Assembly: GCA_016180065.1 (NCBI GenBank)
Contig: JACPBY010000013.1
Location: 2,746-66,745, forward strand
Source: Candidatus Woesearchaeota archaeon
GTDB taxonomy: Archaea > Nanobdellota > Nanobdellia > Woesearchaeales > UBA10216
DNA: 64,000 nt
Direction of reading: 5' to 3'
This document shows, one piece after another, positions 53,251 through 63,647 of this stretch. The position numbers were made by a program, and so were the translations under genes. The stretch's first letter is position 1. Every line of letters begins with the position of its first letter. The notes under the pieces were generated by a model, which saw nothing but the letters and a program-made list of their open reading frames with translations, ran no database searches and was not told where the DNA came from.

Positions 53251-54510
53251 ATGTCAGAACTTGGGGCAGTTGCAGACCTGGCGCAGGCGTTCAACACTGC
53301 GAACAGGCTGGGAAAAGAGGTGGGTAACATGATTGGCGAACTTGATGGAAATGCGGCTGGCAACGGCAACGGGAAGAGCAATGGGCATGCAAAAGCACCT
53401 GCAAGGAAGAGCCTGTACAAGCGCAATGGCAAAAGCTGTCTGAACGGCGATGCGGACTTTTCAGACATCTACACTGACAGCCTATCAGGAAGCCAATCAG
53501 CAGCCAAGGCACCGGCTTGCTACCAGAGTGTTATGGAGCACATGGCAGAGCTAAGCAGGCTGAAACGCCAGGTTGAGTATCATGCGAAGGTGCAGGCAAG
53601 CAAACCCCTGCAGATGGCTGAGCAGGCAAAGCAAAAGCTGCACGAAGCAACCTCACACGGATTCCTGAGCATTTTTCACAATGCAATTCCTGAGCCAGTT
53701 CCCAAGCTTGAAACGCTTGTCAGCAGGGAAATGGGAGCAATGAACGCCATGCAAAAACAGGTTGGCAAGGCAGTGCACCATTCAGACGATATTGTCAAAA
53801 CGCTTGCAGCCTATGACAGCGAAACCCTTCTTGAGTTTGAAGAGGCAAGAAAGGCAATCGGTGCCCTCGAAAAAAAACTGGCAAGAGCCCAGAAAGACAA
53901 AATAGTTCTGGAAGGCCAGCTAAGCCAGGCTTCAAAAGACGACCCTGCATATGTACAGATGCAGATAAGCTTCAATAATGCTGAAAGGAAGGAAAAAGAC
54001 TTCCTAAACAAGCTGGAGCAGGCAGGGCAGAGGCTTGTTTATGCCCACAAGCAAAGCGAGCAGGTAAAGGTAAAGGAGGCTGTTGTAAGGGCAGGGCTGC
54101 ACGAGCTTAGGCTTGTAAACTCCTATGTGACAAGGTTCCTGGACTTTGTAACAAGAACAAGGGCAGCCGACAGCCTGATTCCGCAGCTCGTGCAGACAGC
54201 AGAGGCCATAAGTGACTCTTATGACGTGCTTAAGGGCATAGTTGAAGCCGGAAACTCCGCAACAACACAATCTGTCCAGAGGCTGGCGCAGGCCATAGGA
54301 ACAATAAACTACACAGTCCTGCCGAACACCATCCGCGAAGGGAAAAAGCAGCAGGCAGTGCTCGAGAGGATAGACAGGAGGACGAGCTTCTACGAACAGG
54401 CAGTAACGCTGCTGAGAGGAGAGCCAGCTGCAGCAGGCGCAGACTACGCTGTGGCGCGGCAGGGGAAGCAGCAGGCAGGCGAGGCAAAGCCTGCCATAAC
54501 TGCAAATTAG
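53251..54510 (+). CDS. long helical/coiled-coil hypothetical protein
   Basis: 419 aa from ATG 53251. That start avoids overlap with the previous gene. The protein is helix-rich and Q/A/K-rich, with no domain recognised. Confidence 0.55.
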   Translation: MSELGAVADLAQAFNTANRLGKEVGNMIGELDGNAAGNGNGKSNGHAKAPARKSLYKRNGKSCLNGDADFSDIYTDSLSGSQSAAKAPACYQSVMEHMAELSRLKRQVEYHAKVQASKPLQMAEQAKQKLHEATSHGFLSIFHNAIPEPVPKLETLVSREMGAMNAMQKQVGKAVHHSDDIVKTLAAYDSETLLEFEEARKAIGALEKKLARAQKDKIVLEGQLSQASKDDPAYVQMQISFNNAERKEKDFLNKLEQAGQRLVYAHKQSEQVKVKEAVVRAGLHELRLVNSYVTRFLDFVTRTRAADSLIPQLVQTAEAISDSYDVLKGIVEAGNSATTQSVQRLAQAIGTINYTVLPNTIREGKKQQAVLERIDRRTSFYEQAVTLLRGEPAAAGADYAVARQGKQQAGEAKPAITAN

Positions 54511-54572
54511 CAACAATGAATGTTAAAAAAGGTACATGAGAAAATGAAAGAGATTACGGTTGATGCCAGGAA

Positions 54573-55133
54573 TTAAACCGCAAACTCCCTGACTGTCCTT
54601 TGGCTGAGCTTCACAATATTCCCCTTTGCCTGCCTCTCCTTGAAAGGTTTGTCAAGGGAAAGGTAAGCGGTGTAATTAACATAGCGCTTCGTTACCGGAA
54701 CGCCTTTCTCAATCAGGTTGGTAACATACCCCCTTGCAAGGAACTCACTCTCCTTCAGGGCAGAGGCGATTTCCCTGTAAGTCAAAGGCTTTTCGTCAGA
54801 TGCAGTGTACATCAATAAGAAAACTGCCTTTTCCTTTTCGTCAAGCTCAATGCTATGGGCAACGCTTTGCTGAAAAGGGGCGTTCCCGAAAGCAGCCAAA
54901 GCAAGCTGAAGATGCTCCATCTGGGCCTCAAGCCTGTCAACCTTTGCCTCAAGCCTGCAGAGAAGCTCATAGTTAGCCTCAACCTCGTTCGTGTTGTCGT
55001 TAATGCTTTCCAGATGGTCGTCAAATTCTTCCCTGACGCCTTCAAGGGCAGCATCCAAGCGCTGCCTTAATGCTTCAACGGCAGAATCACCTGGGCTAAC
55101 ATTGCTAAACCTACTGAACACACTTCTTTCCAC
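54573..55133 (-). CDS. coiled-coil plus C-terminal winged-helix protein (putative regulator)
   Basis: About 186 aa from GTG 55133, preceded by GGGGGTGG. The C-terminal segment KEKAVFLLMYTASDEKPLTYREIASALKESEFLARGYVTNLIEKGVPV looks like a wHTH. Confidence 0.5.
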   Translation of the reverse strand: MERSVFSRFSNVSPGDSAVEALRQRLDAALEGVREEFDDHLESINDNTNEVEANYELLCRLEAKVDRLEAQMEHLQLALAAFGNAPFQQSVAHSIELDEKEKAVFLLMYTASDEKPLTYREIASALKESEFLARGYVTNLIEKGVPVTKRYVNYTAYLSLDKPFKERQAKGNIVKLSQRTVREFAV

Positions 55134-55386
55134 CTTAATCCACCCCCGATAAACTATGCAACACAATAAGGGAACCCTACGCTCCCTTATCAACCCTCCA
55201 CAGTGACAGCGTCCCAACCAACAACAATCCGGAAGAGGAGCCCGTGAATTCCCAATGCCAGCTTTAAATAGTTTTCTGTGGAGGAAAAGATAGGTTGAGG
55301 GCGGGATTCGCTTAAGCGTTTGTCAATAAAGCCATCTCAGTCCAGCAGGAGCAGCAATTAAATAGTAAAACCGTTCAACAAGCGCT

Positions 55387-56019
55387 ATGAATGCGCCGAA
55401 AAGCAAATCCCAGCTTGCAATCCTGCTGTCAAGGCTCGCGGTGTTTGAAAATCCCCTGCTTATGAAGGAGCAGTATGCAACTGATTCAGAGGCTGCTGCC
55501 GAGGCAGTGTGGTTTGCATACATGAATGCAGATGTTGAAGAGAAAGTTGTGGCCGATTTTGGGTGCGGCACAGGGATGCTGGGGATAGCTGCGCTGCTTA
55601 TGAAGGCGGACAAGGTTTTTTTTGTTGACAGTGATAAAGGCGCGATTGAAATCTGCAGCAGGAACATTGCAGCGGCTGCCGGCAGGGAAACTGCAGCGAA
55701 AACAATGCTCATCGCGAGCGATGTTGCAGAGTTCAGCCAGAAAGTTGACACTGTTGTGCAGAACCCTCCATTTGGCACAAAGACAAGGCATGCTGACCGA
55801 AAGTTTTTGCTGCAGGCGTTCAAGTCATCGGATGTTGTTTATTCGTTTCACAAGATAGAAACAGCGGATTTTGTCAAAAAAATCGCTGCCGATAACGGCT
55901 TTGCGGTAACAAACATCCTGCCTATGCGGCTGCAGCTGAAGAACACTTACGACTTTCACAGATCAAAGCTCCGAAGGATTGAGGTAGGCTGGTTCAGGAT
56001 TTCGCGAAAGACACTTTAA
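55387..56019 (+). CDS. NPPF-motif class I methyltransferase (METTL5/HemK-like)
   Basis: Motif I VADFGCGTGMLGI, followed by VVQNPPFGTK. Confidence 0.8.
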   Translation: MNAPKSKSQLAILLSRLAVFENPLLMKEQYATDSEAAAEAVWFAYMNADVEEKVVADFGCGTGMLGIAALLMKADKVFFVDSDKGAIEICSRNIAAAAGRETAAKTMLIASDVAEFSQKVDTVVQNPPFGTKTRHADRKFLLQAFKSSDVVYSFHKIETADFVKKIAADNGFAVTNILPMRLQLKNTYDFHRSKLRRIEVGWFRISRKTL

Positions 56020-56035
56020 AAGCAATGAATAAGCG

Positions 56036-56236
56036 CTATAACCGCCTGCCCATGCGCAGCAGCTTGTCAACGTTCTGCCTTGCAGAAGCTTCAGGCCTGG
56101 CAGCGCCTTTTGCACTGCTTTTCATCATTGAAAACTGAACGGCTGCGAACAGCTTGCCGCAGATAAAGCCTATTGCAAACACAAGCAAAAATGTTGCGGC
56201 CTCTGTTAATGTTGCGCTGCTGATGCCAAAGCCCAT
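56036..56236 (-). CDS. small membrane protein (hypothetical)
   Basis: 66 aa with one hydrophobic helix and a basic tail. Weak call. Confidence 0.3.
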   Translation of the reverse strand: MGFGISSATLTEAATFLLVFAIGFICGKLFAAVQFSMMKSSAKGAARPEASARQNVDKLLRMGRRL

Positions 56237-56425
56237 GATGCCAGAAACCAGCAGGCCATATACAAATGCTTCCCAAGCTATTTTTGGAAGGATTAAGCCC
56301 TACAATAGACTGCTTGTTGTGGGTCAGTGCACATATTGTATGACCCATGAAATAGCACACAGAACGTATGGCCTGTCTTGTAAGATATGAAACATGCAGA
56401 AAAAGGCGCAGATACAAAGAAACAG

Positions 56426-57340
56426 TCAGTATGGCTTCTGCAGCGGCAAAGCAGCGGTCTTTGCCTCTACCTCATTTGTAACAGCCCAGTCAACCAGCGT
56501 TTCTGAAAGCTGCTGCAGCAGTGCCTTAATCCTGTGCGCATGGATATCCTTATCATTGAACACGTCAACTGCCGAAAGCACTTCAGATGCGAACGATGCA
56601 GCAGAGCGGTAATTGAGCTCGTCGAGGCACTTGAGGAGGCTAAGCAGCACGTTATGGACCGGTTCGCCAAGGCTCTTGCTTTGCCTCCCAGTAGCCAGGA
56701 TAAGGTGGTCAGCCAGGCCTTCCAGGCTTTTTGAAACCAATGCAATGTAGAACAGCTCAATATGGCGAAGCTTTGAGGCCCTTTTGAACATGAGCGCGCT
56801 TATCGCAGACTTCTGGATGAGGGTGTTGCTCCGGTCAATCTCCTCCTCATACCTGCTGACAAGCTCTTTTGCCTCATTGGCCTGTATGACCTTTGCCATG
56901 TTCACCACTTTTCTAATCATGGTCCTTAGAAGCACATCAGGATCCTCAACGCTTATGGCAGACTCGCAGCTTATGTAGTCATCGCCAAACTCAACCAGCT
57001 CAATGCTGCTCAAAAGCCTTTTCTGGTCAAGAATCTCCAGGCTTGAGATGGGCTTGTTGAGCTTTATCCGGAAAGACCTGACAGGGTTAAGGTAAGAGGC
57101 AACAACAAACATGTTCACAACCCTGCTGTCAACCTTGCCGTTGCTTTCAGAAAGGCTGAGTGCCAGCTGCTTGTCCTCCGCAACTTTCGGCATAGAGGAA
57201 ACAATGAGCTTTCCATCGCTGGAAGTGTCAAGCGCGAGCTGGGCATTCTGGCTTATTCCGTTAGACTTGCACCACGCTGCAGGCAGGTAAAGGTAAAACG
57301 TATTGCCTGACCGCTGCACTTTACGTATTTCCATTAGCAA
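56426..57340 (-). CDS. PhoU-like regulator with an N-terminal AbrB/SpoVT domain
   Basis: EIRKVQRSGNTFYLYLPAAWCKSNGI (AbrB-like) is followed by two helical PhoU-like repeats, a common archaeal architecture. Confidence 0.78.
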   Translation of the reverse strand: MLMEIRKVQRSGNTFYLYLPAAWCKSNGISQNAQLALDTSSDGKLIVSSMPKVAEDKQLALSLSESNGKVDSRVVNMFVVASYLNPVRSFRIKLNKPISSLEILDQKRLLSSIELVEFGDDYISCESAISVEDPDVLLRTMIRKVVNMAKVIQANEAKELVSRYEEEIDRSNTLIQKSAISALMFKRASKLRHIELFYIALVSKSLEGLADHLILATGRQSKSLGEPVHNVLLSLLKCLDELNYRSAASFASEVLSAVDVFNDKDIHAHRIKALLQQLSETLVDWAVTNEVEAKTAALPLQKPY

Positions 57341-57573
57341 TTCCCCTTAACAGGCATTGGCAATTGGTTATACTTATAAACATTTTGGTCTATATAAAAT
57401 TAATAAAATTCCGGCTGGCAGGCCATTAAGGAAGTCCGCTCAAGGCTTAGGTGCAGCGTTACCTTTATATACTTGCCAAAAATTCGCGGCTTTAGTACCT
57501 GTCTGGTCCTTCAAAAACAGAAGAAGCTCAGGCGTACTAAAAGCATTGGAAAACATCAGAGGGTGAAAAGCAA

Positions 57574-57753
57574 ATGGGATTTGGAGAAAGGTCAGGAGGA
57601 GGCGGTGGCTTCAGGGGCGGCGGCTTTGGGCCAAGAGAGATGCACAAGGCAACTTGCTCAGACTGCGGGCAGGAATGCGAAGTGCCATTCAAGCCGGCTG
57701 AAGGAAAGCCTGTTTACTGCAGGGACTGCTACCAGAAGCACAAGAAATTCTGA
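57574..57753 (+). CDS. RGG-rich CxxC-x17-CxxC zinc-ribbon protein (59 aa, below the ORF-track cutoff)
   Basis: Manual translation: MGFGERSGGGGGFRGGGFGPREMHKATCSDCGQECEVPFKPAEGKPVYCRDCYQKHKKF. A GAGGGTGA Shine-Dalgarno-like motif lies upstream. The VPFKP...PVYCRDC pattern matches a known small-protein family. Confidence 0.65.
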   Translation: MGFGERSGGGGGFRGGGFGPREMHKATCSDCGQECEVPFKPAEGKPVYCRDCYQKHKKF

Positions 57754-57785
57754 TTATAGCTTACTTCTTTTTTTCTTTTATTCTT

Positions 57786-58682
57786 CTACATTTCTTCAAG
57801 CCGCTTCATCCTTTCACTAATAGGGGGATGCGTTGAGAACAAGCTGGCAAAAAAGCCTTTGCTCTTCCTGAACGGCGTAGAGATAAACAGGTGCGCTGTA
57901 GCCTTATTGGCTGTGTCAACAAGAGGGTCTGGATCGCGAGCTATCTTTCCAAGTGCATTCGCAAGGCCAGGAGGATACCTGGTCAGCACAGCAGCATTGG
58001 CGTCAGCCAGAAACTCCCTTCTTCTGCTTATCGCAAGCTTAATAAGCTCGCCAATCAAAGGCGTAAGCACAGCCAAGGCAAGGCCGACAAGGATCAATGC
58101 CACCGTTGCCTGGTTTCCCTCCCTCTTCCTGCCCTTGCCTCCCCACAAGAATGTCCTCAGCAGCATATCGCTCAAAAGAGTCACAATCCCAACCAGGACG
58201 ACAGTGAGCATCATGAACCTCACATCATAATTTTTGATGTGCGACATCTCATGCGCTACAACGCCTTCAAGCTCCTGCCGGTTCATCACCTTCAGAAGGC
58301 CTGTTGTCACAGCTATTGACGCATGCCTTGGATCCCTGCCTGTTGCGAAAGCGTTAAGCGCGGAGTCCTCAATAACATAAGCATTAGGAACCGGAATTCC
58401 CGCAGCTATCGCCAAGCCTTCCAAAGTGTGGTAAAGATAAGGATGCTCCTGCCGGGTAACCGGCTTTGCGCCTGAAATGCCCAGAACAAGCCTGTCTCCG
58501 GAATAAAACCCTATAAGCGAGTAAACAGTGGAAACAGCGACAGCAACTCCTAAACCAAGGTATGCGCTGCCATAGATAACGCCGAACACCGCACCCAAAA
58601 CACCTATCAGAAAAATGAAAACTGACAAAAGCAACAGCGACTTCAGCTTGTTGCTGCCGACCTCATCAAACATCAGCCGCAT
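57786..58682 (-). CDS. htpX: HtpX-type M48 zinc metalloprotease
   Basis: HEMSHIKNYD, four TM helices, and a C-terminal STHPPISERM. Confidence 0.93.
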   Translation of the reverse strand: MRLMFDEVGSNKLKSLLLLSVFIFLIGVLGAVFGVIYGSAYLGLGVAVAVSTVYSLIGFYSGDRLVLGISGAKPVTRQEHPYLYHTLEGLAIAAGIPVPNAYVIEDSALNAFATGRDPRHASIAVTTGLLKVMNRQELEGVVAHEMSHIKNYDVRFMMLTVVLVGIVTLLSDMLLRTFLWGGKGRKREGNQATVALILVGLALAVLTPLIGELIKLAISRRREFLADANAAVLTRYPPGLANALGKIARDPDPLVDTANKATAHLFISTPFRKSKGFFASLFSTHPPISERMKRLEEM

Positions 58683-59237
58683 TTAGAACTCAACCTTGAC
58701 AGCCTTTCTCTCGCTTTCCTCTGCCCTGAAAAGCTCCTCCTGCCTGAAGCTGAACATTGAAGCGAGGATGTTGCTGGGAAAAGACTGGATTTTGTTGTTG
58801 AGCACCATCACCATGTCGTTGTAGTGCTGCCTTGAGTATGCGATTTTGCTCTCAGTGCCTGAAAGCTCTTCCTGAAGCTGCATGAAATTTTCATTAGCCT
58901 TAAGCGTCGGGTAGCTCTCAGCAACAGCAAACAGCGACTTAAGCGTGTCTGTGAGCATGTTGGAAGCCTTTGCCTTCTCCTGCATCGTAGCAGCGGACAT
59001 TATGGCAGTCCTTGCCTTTGTGACGTTTTCCAGCACGCCTTTCTCATGCTTCATGTAGCCCTTCACAGCCTCAACCAAGTTGGGTATAAGGTCATTCCTT
59101 CTCTTAAGCTGAACATCAATCTGCGAAAACGAATTCCTGACCTGGTTCCTCAGGCTGATAAGGCTGTTATAAGTGAGGATGATGAAAAGCAGCACAACCG
59201 CAGCAACAACGCCAATTATGACAGCAACACTTACCAT
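58683..59237 (-). CDS. lemA: LemA family protein
   Basis: N-terminal TM helix, [33 protein letters not shown], and [10 protein letters not shown]. It is adjacent to htpX, as is usual. Confidence 0.92.
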   Translation of the reverse strand: MVSVAVIIGVVAAVVLLFIILTYNSLISLRNQVRNSFSQIDVQLKRRNDLIPNLVEAVKGYMKHEKGVLENVTKARTAIMSAATMQEKAKASNMLTDTLKSLFAVAESYPTLKANENFMQLQEELSGTESKIAYSRQHYNDMVMVLNNKIQSFPSNILASMFSFRQEELFRAEESERKAVKVEF

Positions 59238-59343
59238 ACACTGCCGGCTTTCCTGCCACTATTTAAATGTTTTTGAATCCGCCGGGCAACTCCCCGCCAA
59301 AGATTTTTTAATCACCACTGCCTTTGCAGAACCAATGCCAAGA

Positions 59344-60420
59344 ATGATAATGCACATAGACCTCGACGCATTTTACGCAGCCGTTGAGCAGCGCGAGCAC
59401 CCCGAATGGAAAGGGCTGCCTGTTGTTGTGGGGGCTGACCCGAAAGGCGGTAAAGGGAGAGGAGTGGTGATGACTTGCAGCTATGAGGCAAGGAAGTTTG
59501 GCATCCGCTCTGCAATGCCAATCTCAAGAGCCTACAAGCTCTGCCCAACGGCAGTATTCACGCCGCCAAACTTCCCGCTTTACCTGGCAGCATCTGAAGC
59601 AGTGATGGGCATCCTCCGCAGCTACGGCAGCAAGTTCGAGCAGGTCAGCATAGACGAGGCGTTCATTGACGTAACAGCAAAAATTGGCTGCAGCAAAAGT
59701 GAAATAGAAAAATTTGCGGCGGCAATAAAAAACGAAATTCGCGAAAAGGAAAGACTGGGCTGCAGCATCGGCGTTGCCTCAAACAAGCTTGTTGCCAAGA
59801 TGGCTTCAGACTACAAAAAGCCTGACGGGTTAACAATCGTTGACTTTGGCAAAGAGAAAGAATTTCTGTCGCTGCTGCCTGTGCGAAAATTGATTGGCGT
59901 TGGGGAGAAAACTGAGGCTGTGCTGAAGGAGATTGGCGTTGATACAATTGGGGAACTGGCAGCAGTGCCTGAAGAGTCCATGCAGAAGCAGTTCGGCAAG
60001 TACGGCATTTACCTGCACGAAGCCGCGAACGGCATGGACAACAGCGAGGTTGAAGAGAATTATGAGATGAAGTCAATCAGCCGCAACTTAACATTTGAGG
60101 AAGACACAAAAGACGAACTGCTAATATTTGCAGCAGTTGACGAAATGACAGAAGACGCCCGCAGTTCGTTGATGCAAAACAGCTTCTGCTGCAGGACCAT
60201 CGGCGTAAGGATAAGGTTTGAAGACTTTGAAACCCACACAAAGGAGAAAACCTTGGGAGAAGCAACAACTGACCTTGGAATAATGAAAAAATTGGCAAGG
60301 CAGCTGCTCCAGCCCTTCCTCAGCGATGCCAGGAAGGTAAGGCAGGTCGGGATAAGGCTTACCCACCTCGAGACAAAGGATAACAAGCAGCGCCTAGTAA
60401 ATGAATACATCTCAAAGTGA
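59344..60420 (+). CDS. dinB: DNA polymerase IV (Y-family, DinB/Dpo4)
   Basis: MIMHIDLDAFYAAVEQRE, SIDEAFIDVT, GVASNKLVAKMASDYKKPDG and the little-finger domain. The upstream extension of the ORF overlaps lemA and is discarded. Confidence 0.93.
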   Translation: MIMHIDLDAFYAAVEQREHPEWKGLPVVVGADPKGGKGRGVVMTCSYEARKFGIRSAMPISRAYKLCPTAVFTPPNFPLYLAASEAVMGILRSYGSKFEQVSIDEAFIDVTAKIGCSKSEIEKFAAAIKNEIREKERLGCSIGVASNKLVAKMASDYKKPDGLTIVDFGKEKEFLSLLPVRKLIGVGEKTEAVLKEIGVDTIGELAAVPEESMQKQFGKYGIYLHEAANGMDNSEVEENYEMKSISRNLTFEEDTKDELLIFAAVDEMTEDARSSLMQNSFCCRTIGVRIRFEDFETHTKEKTLGEATTDLGIMKKLARQLLQPFLSDARKVRQVGIRLTHLETKDNKQRLVNEYISK

Positions 60421-60564
60421 AATGATTAATCTCAAGCCTTCCGATAAACCTCAACTATGCCCGTGCCATCACTATCCAACCATTCAAACCCGCAGCTGTC
60501 TATTGGCTTTCTTTTAAGAAGTGGGCATGAAGCAGAAGGCGGTTGCAGAGTATCTAATCTAACA

Positions 60565-62859
60565 TCAGCCGGGCTGCACGCTGAACCTGAGCAGCCTGTT
60601 GGACCACTTGACCTCCCCAACCCAAAGGAAACTGCCATCAAAGGAAACAAAAGAAGGCATGAACAGGCCGCTCTTTGTGCTTGACGGGTAGTTGCTCTGG
60701 AAATCTTTCTGCCCAATGACAATATCCGGCTCGCCAAGCTCGCTTTCCGGGAACTTTGTCCAGACAAGTACCCTGTTGTTGCCCACATCGCCCACAAACA
60801 GGCTGTCCTTGTAAATAAAAACTCCCTGAGGCATTGCGAGGCGGGCATGTTGAGGCAGGCCAAACCAGTCCTGGCTGCCTGTTGAGTGGTCTGTAATTTT
60901 TATCTGGAAGTCAGCAGGCTGGCCGTTTGCCACGGGAATGCTTTTCCAGACCAGAATCCTGTTATTGGCAGAATCTGCAACCACGAGCCTTTTGCCATCA
61001 GTTGATATTTGATATGGAGAATCAAGCTGGTTCAGCCCCTCACCTGCGGAAGTTGAGTCAAAATCAGGCTGTCCAAGGACCAAGTCAGCAGGCGTCTGGT
61101 TGCCTGCAGGAATGCTTTTCCAGACCAAAATGCGGTTATTGCCCCAGTCGCTTGCAAACAAGCGCTTGCCATCTGACGCAACACTGACCGGATTGTTTAG
61201 CTCTGCCCTGCCTTTGCCGTTCCTCCACCACTCAAGGCCGGTTGACGTGCCCAGTATGACATCAGGAAGTTTGTTATCCACAGCAGGCACTTTATTCCAA
61301 ATCAGGATTCTTCCAGCTTCCCTGTTGGCAGCGATAAGCCTTTCGCCTGAAATTATGGCCTGCTGCACGCCTCCGAGCCATGTCGCGTTGATAACCACAT
61401 CCGCCTCTGCCTTGCTTTCATCAGGCAAGTGGTTGTAAATATATATTCTCCTCCCGAAATCGCAGCCTATGGCCAGCTGTTCACCATTCGAGAACACTCC
61501 TGGCCCGCCGCAGCTGTTCCTTGCCATGAATATGTTAACGCCGGAGCCGGGCTGGCCCAAAACAACATCAGCCTTGACGCCAGGCTCTGTTGGAATCTTG
61601 TTGAAGATAAGCACCCTGTTGTTGTTCGTGTCAGCAACAATCAGCCTTGTGCCGTCACTTGCAACCCCAAAGGGACCGGACATGCCATCCGCATCTGAAG
61701 TTGGGCGCGTTTGCCCTATTCTCAAATCCTCTTTCTCGCCATGTTCGGGAAAGCTGTTCCAGATGTAAACCTGATGGGCGCTTGAAGCGAACAATCTGTT
61801 GTCTTTTATCGCTACCCCCATTATGTCATTGTAAGGCTCGTCCTCAACCCGCTTCACTATGATGCTGAAGCCTGCAGGCTGTCCATTTTTAGCCGGAAAG
61901 CCGTTCCACACAAAAGCGCGCTTTGCGCTGTAATCGCCCACTATCAAGTGCTTTCCATCAAAAGCTACAGCCCTTGGCGTTCCCAAATCAGCCATCGGAT
62001 TTTCAGGCTGCTGCCCAAACCTTGCGGAAAAATTCTCATAGCCCAGCACCAAATCAGCAGGCTGGTTGTTTTCTGTCGGGAAGGAATTCCAGACCAGAAC
62101 AGAGCCGTCTACAGTGCTTGTCACGATGACCTTCTGCCCATCTGTCCAGATGTCCCAGGGCCAGTAAATCCTTTTCTCAGGGTCTCGTTCATTCTTCAGG
62201 TCAAAATAGTTTGGCCATCTGCCAAAATCATCAGCCCCAAGAACTATGTCTGCAGGCTGGCCGTTCCTTGTCGGGAAGGAATTCCAGACCAGAACGCGAT
62301 CATTGAAGCCGTCCCCTACCAGCAGCCTTGTCCCGTCTGTCGCAACAGCCATAGGCCAGTTCATCCTGCTGGCGCCAAGCCCCGGCGTGTTGGAATAAAA
62401 ATCATCCTGCCCCAGCACAAGGTCAGGCAGATGGTTACTTTCTCCTGGTATTTCGTTCCAGACAAGCACACGATTGTTCCACGTGTCTGAAACAATCAGC
62501 CGTTTGCCATCGGTTGCAACTTTTCCCGGATGATTCAGCACAAGCGGCCCGCCGCTCTCGCCAAAGCCTGTTGCATAGAGGACAACGCCAGCATCCTGCC
62601 CTGTCCTGAACCAGCCGGTTGGCTTTTCAGCCACAAACTTGTAAGGCTTTGCCTCAACCTTTACCTCCAGCTGCTGGAACAGCTGATGTTGCGACTGCTG
62701 CGGTGGTTCCTGAAGCGCTTCCTGCTGCAGCTGTTGAGGTGGAATTTGCGGTGGTGATGGTGGCTGTTGTCCTGGCTGCACCGGAGTGCATGACGCTAAG
62801 ATGGCCAAGCTTAAAACGAGAACCGCTAAAACAACTCCAAGCCCTGCCTCTTTTTCCAT
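60565..62859 (-). CDS. secreted lipoprotein with 12 NHL-like beta-propeller repeats
   Basis: Signal and lipobox LAVLVLSLAILASC, a P/Q-rich linker, then 12 repeats of the form D..NNRVLVW..(I/F)P...GQPADLVLGQ.DF (for example WNNRVLVWNEIP, GNNRILVWKSIP, GNNRVLVWTKFP). Confidence 0.8.
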   Translation of the reverse strand: MEKEAGLGVVLAVLVLSLAILASCTPVQPGQQPPSPPQIPPQQLQQEALQEPPQQSQHQLFQQLEVKVEAKPYKFVAEKPTGWFRTGQDAGVVLYATGFGESGGPLVLNHPGKVATDGKRLIVSDTWNNRVLVWNEIPGESNHLPDLVLGQDDFYSNTPGLGASRMNWPMAVATDGTRLLVGDGFNDRVLVWNSFPTRNGQPADIVLGADDFGRWPNYFDLKNERDPEKRIYWPWDIWTDGQKVIVTSTVDGSVLVWNSFPTENNQPADLVLGYENFSARFGQQPENPMADLGTPRAVAFDGKHLIVGDYSAKRAFVWNGFPAKNGQPAGFSIIVKRVEDEPYNDIMGVAIKDNRLFASSAHQVYIWNSFPEHGEKEDLRIGQTRPTSDADGMSGPFGVASDGTRLIVADTNNNRVLIFNKIPTEPGVKADVVLGQPGSGVNIFMARNSCGGPGVFSNGEQLAIGCDFGRRIYIYNHLPDESKAEADVVINATWLGGVQQAIISGERLIAANREAGRILIWNKVPAVDNKLPDVILGTSTGLEWWRNGKGRAELNNPVSVASDGKRLFASDWGNNRILVWKSIPAGNQTPADLVLGQPDFDSTSAGEGLNQLDSPYQISTDGKRLVVADSANNRILVWKSIPVANGQPADFQIKITDHSTGSQDWFGLPQHARLAMPQGVFIYKDSLFVGDVGNNRVLVWTKFPESELGEPDIVIGQKDFQSNYPSSTKSGLFMPSFVSFDGSFLWVGEVKWSNRLLRFSVQPG

Positions 62860-62948
62860 CGCAGCCAAGCCTGCAGGATGAAGTTTATAAAACTTGTTTC
62901 CAAGCATCGTTTTGCAGCAAAACTTTAAAAATCACCCATGTTGCTGCA

Positions 62949-63542
62949 ATGCCGATGAAGTTGAATGCATTGGCAATAGCAGCGCTTGCAATCGCGGCTG
63001 CACTGCTGGCAGCAGGATGCTCAGGGCAGAATAAAGAGGCGAACCAGATGAACCCGCTTGTTGTCATTGAAACAACCAAAGGAACGATAGAAATAGAGCT
63101 TTACCCGCAGCAGGCTCCTGTTACTGTAGAGAATTTCCTCAAATACATGAATGACGGCTTTTACGACGGCACAATATTCCACAGAGTCATTCCCGGCTTC
63201 ATGGTGCAGGGAGGGGGATTTACTGCTGACAGCGCCCAAAAGCCAACCGACGAGCCGATAAAGCTTGAGTCAAACAACGGGCTGAAGAATGAGATTGGCA
63301 CAGTGGCAATGGCCAGAACAATGGTCCCGGACAGCGCAACAAGCCAGTTCTTCATCAACATTGCCAACAATGAATTTCTCAACTACGCCCCCGGCAACGA
63401 CGGCTATGCTGTCTTCGGAAAGGTCGCCAGCGGCATGGAAGCTGTCAACGCCATAGCAGCAGTACAGACCGGCAGCAGGGGAGGCAACTCAGACTGGCCT
63501 GTCAAGGACGTCGTTATCACGAAGGCGTATGCGAAAAAATAG
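62949..63542 (+). CDS. ppiB: cyclophilin-type peptidyl-prolyl isomerase, lipoprotein
   Basis: Signal and lipobox LLAAGCSG, then TTKGTIEIELYPQQAPVTVENF, FHRVIPGFMVQGGGF and SQFFIN. Confidence 0.92.
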   Translation: MPMKLNALAIAALAIAAALLAAGCSGQNKEANQMNPLVVIETTKGTIEIELYPQQAPVTVENFLKYMNDGFYDGTIFHRVIPGFMVQGGGFTADSAQKPTDEPIKLESNNGLKNEIGTVAMARTMVPDSATSQFFINIANNEFLNYAPGNDGYAVFGKVASGMEAVNAIAAVQTGSRGGNSDWPVKDVVITKAYAKK

Positions 63543-63647
63543 CAAATTCTTCCACGCAGCAACAACCTTTAAAAACCGCCCCTTGTTCGTTCTGACTAAC
63601 CATTTTCGGAGAACGGTTTTTGATAAACCTTTTTCGCAAAAAGGTTT

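Noticed and set aside
62619-62948. N-terminal extensions of predicted ORFs: ppiB 62619-62948, dinB 59173-59343, idsA 11661-11717, lonB 50232-50252 and the NHL gene 62860-62907.
   Set aside because: The extensions overlap neighbouring genes or IS ends and precede obvious native N-termini (signal peptide or conserved first motif). Internal ATGs were chosen instead.
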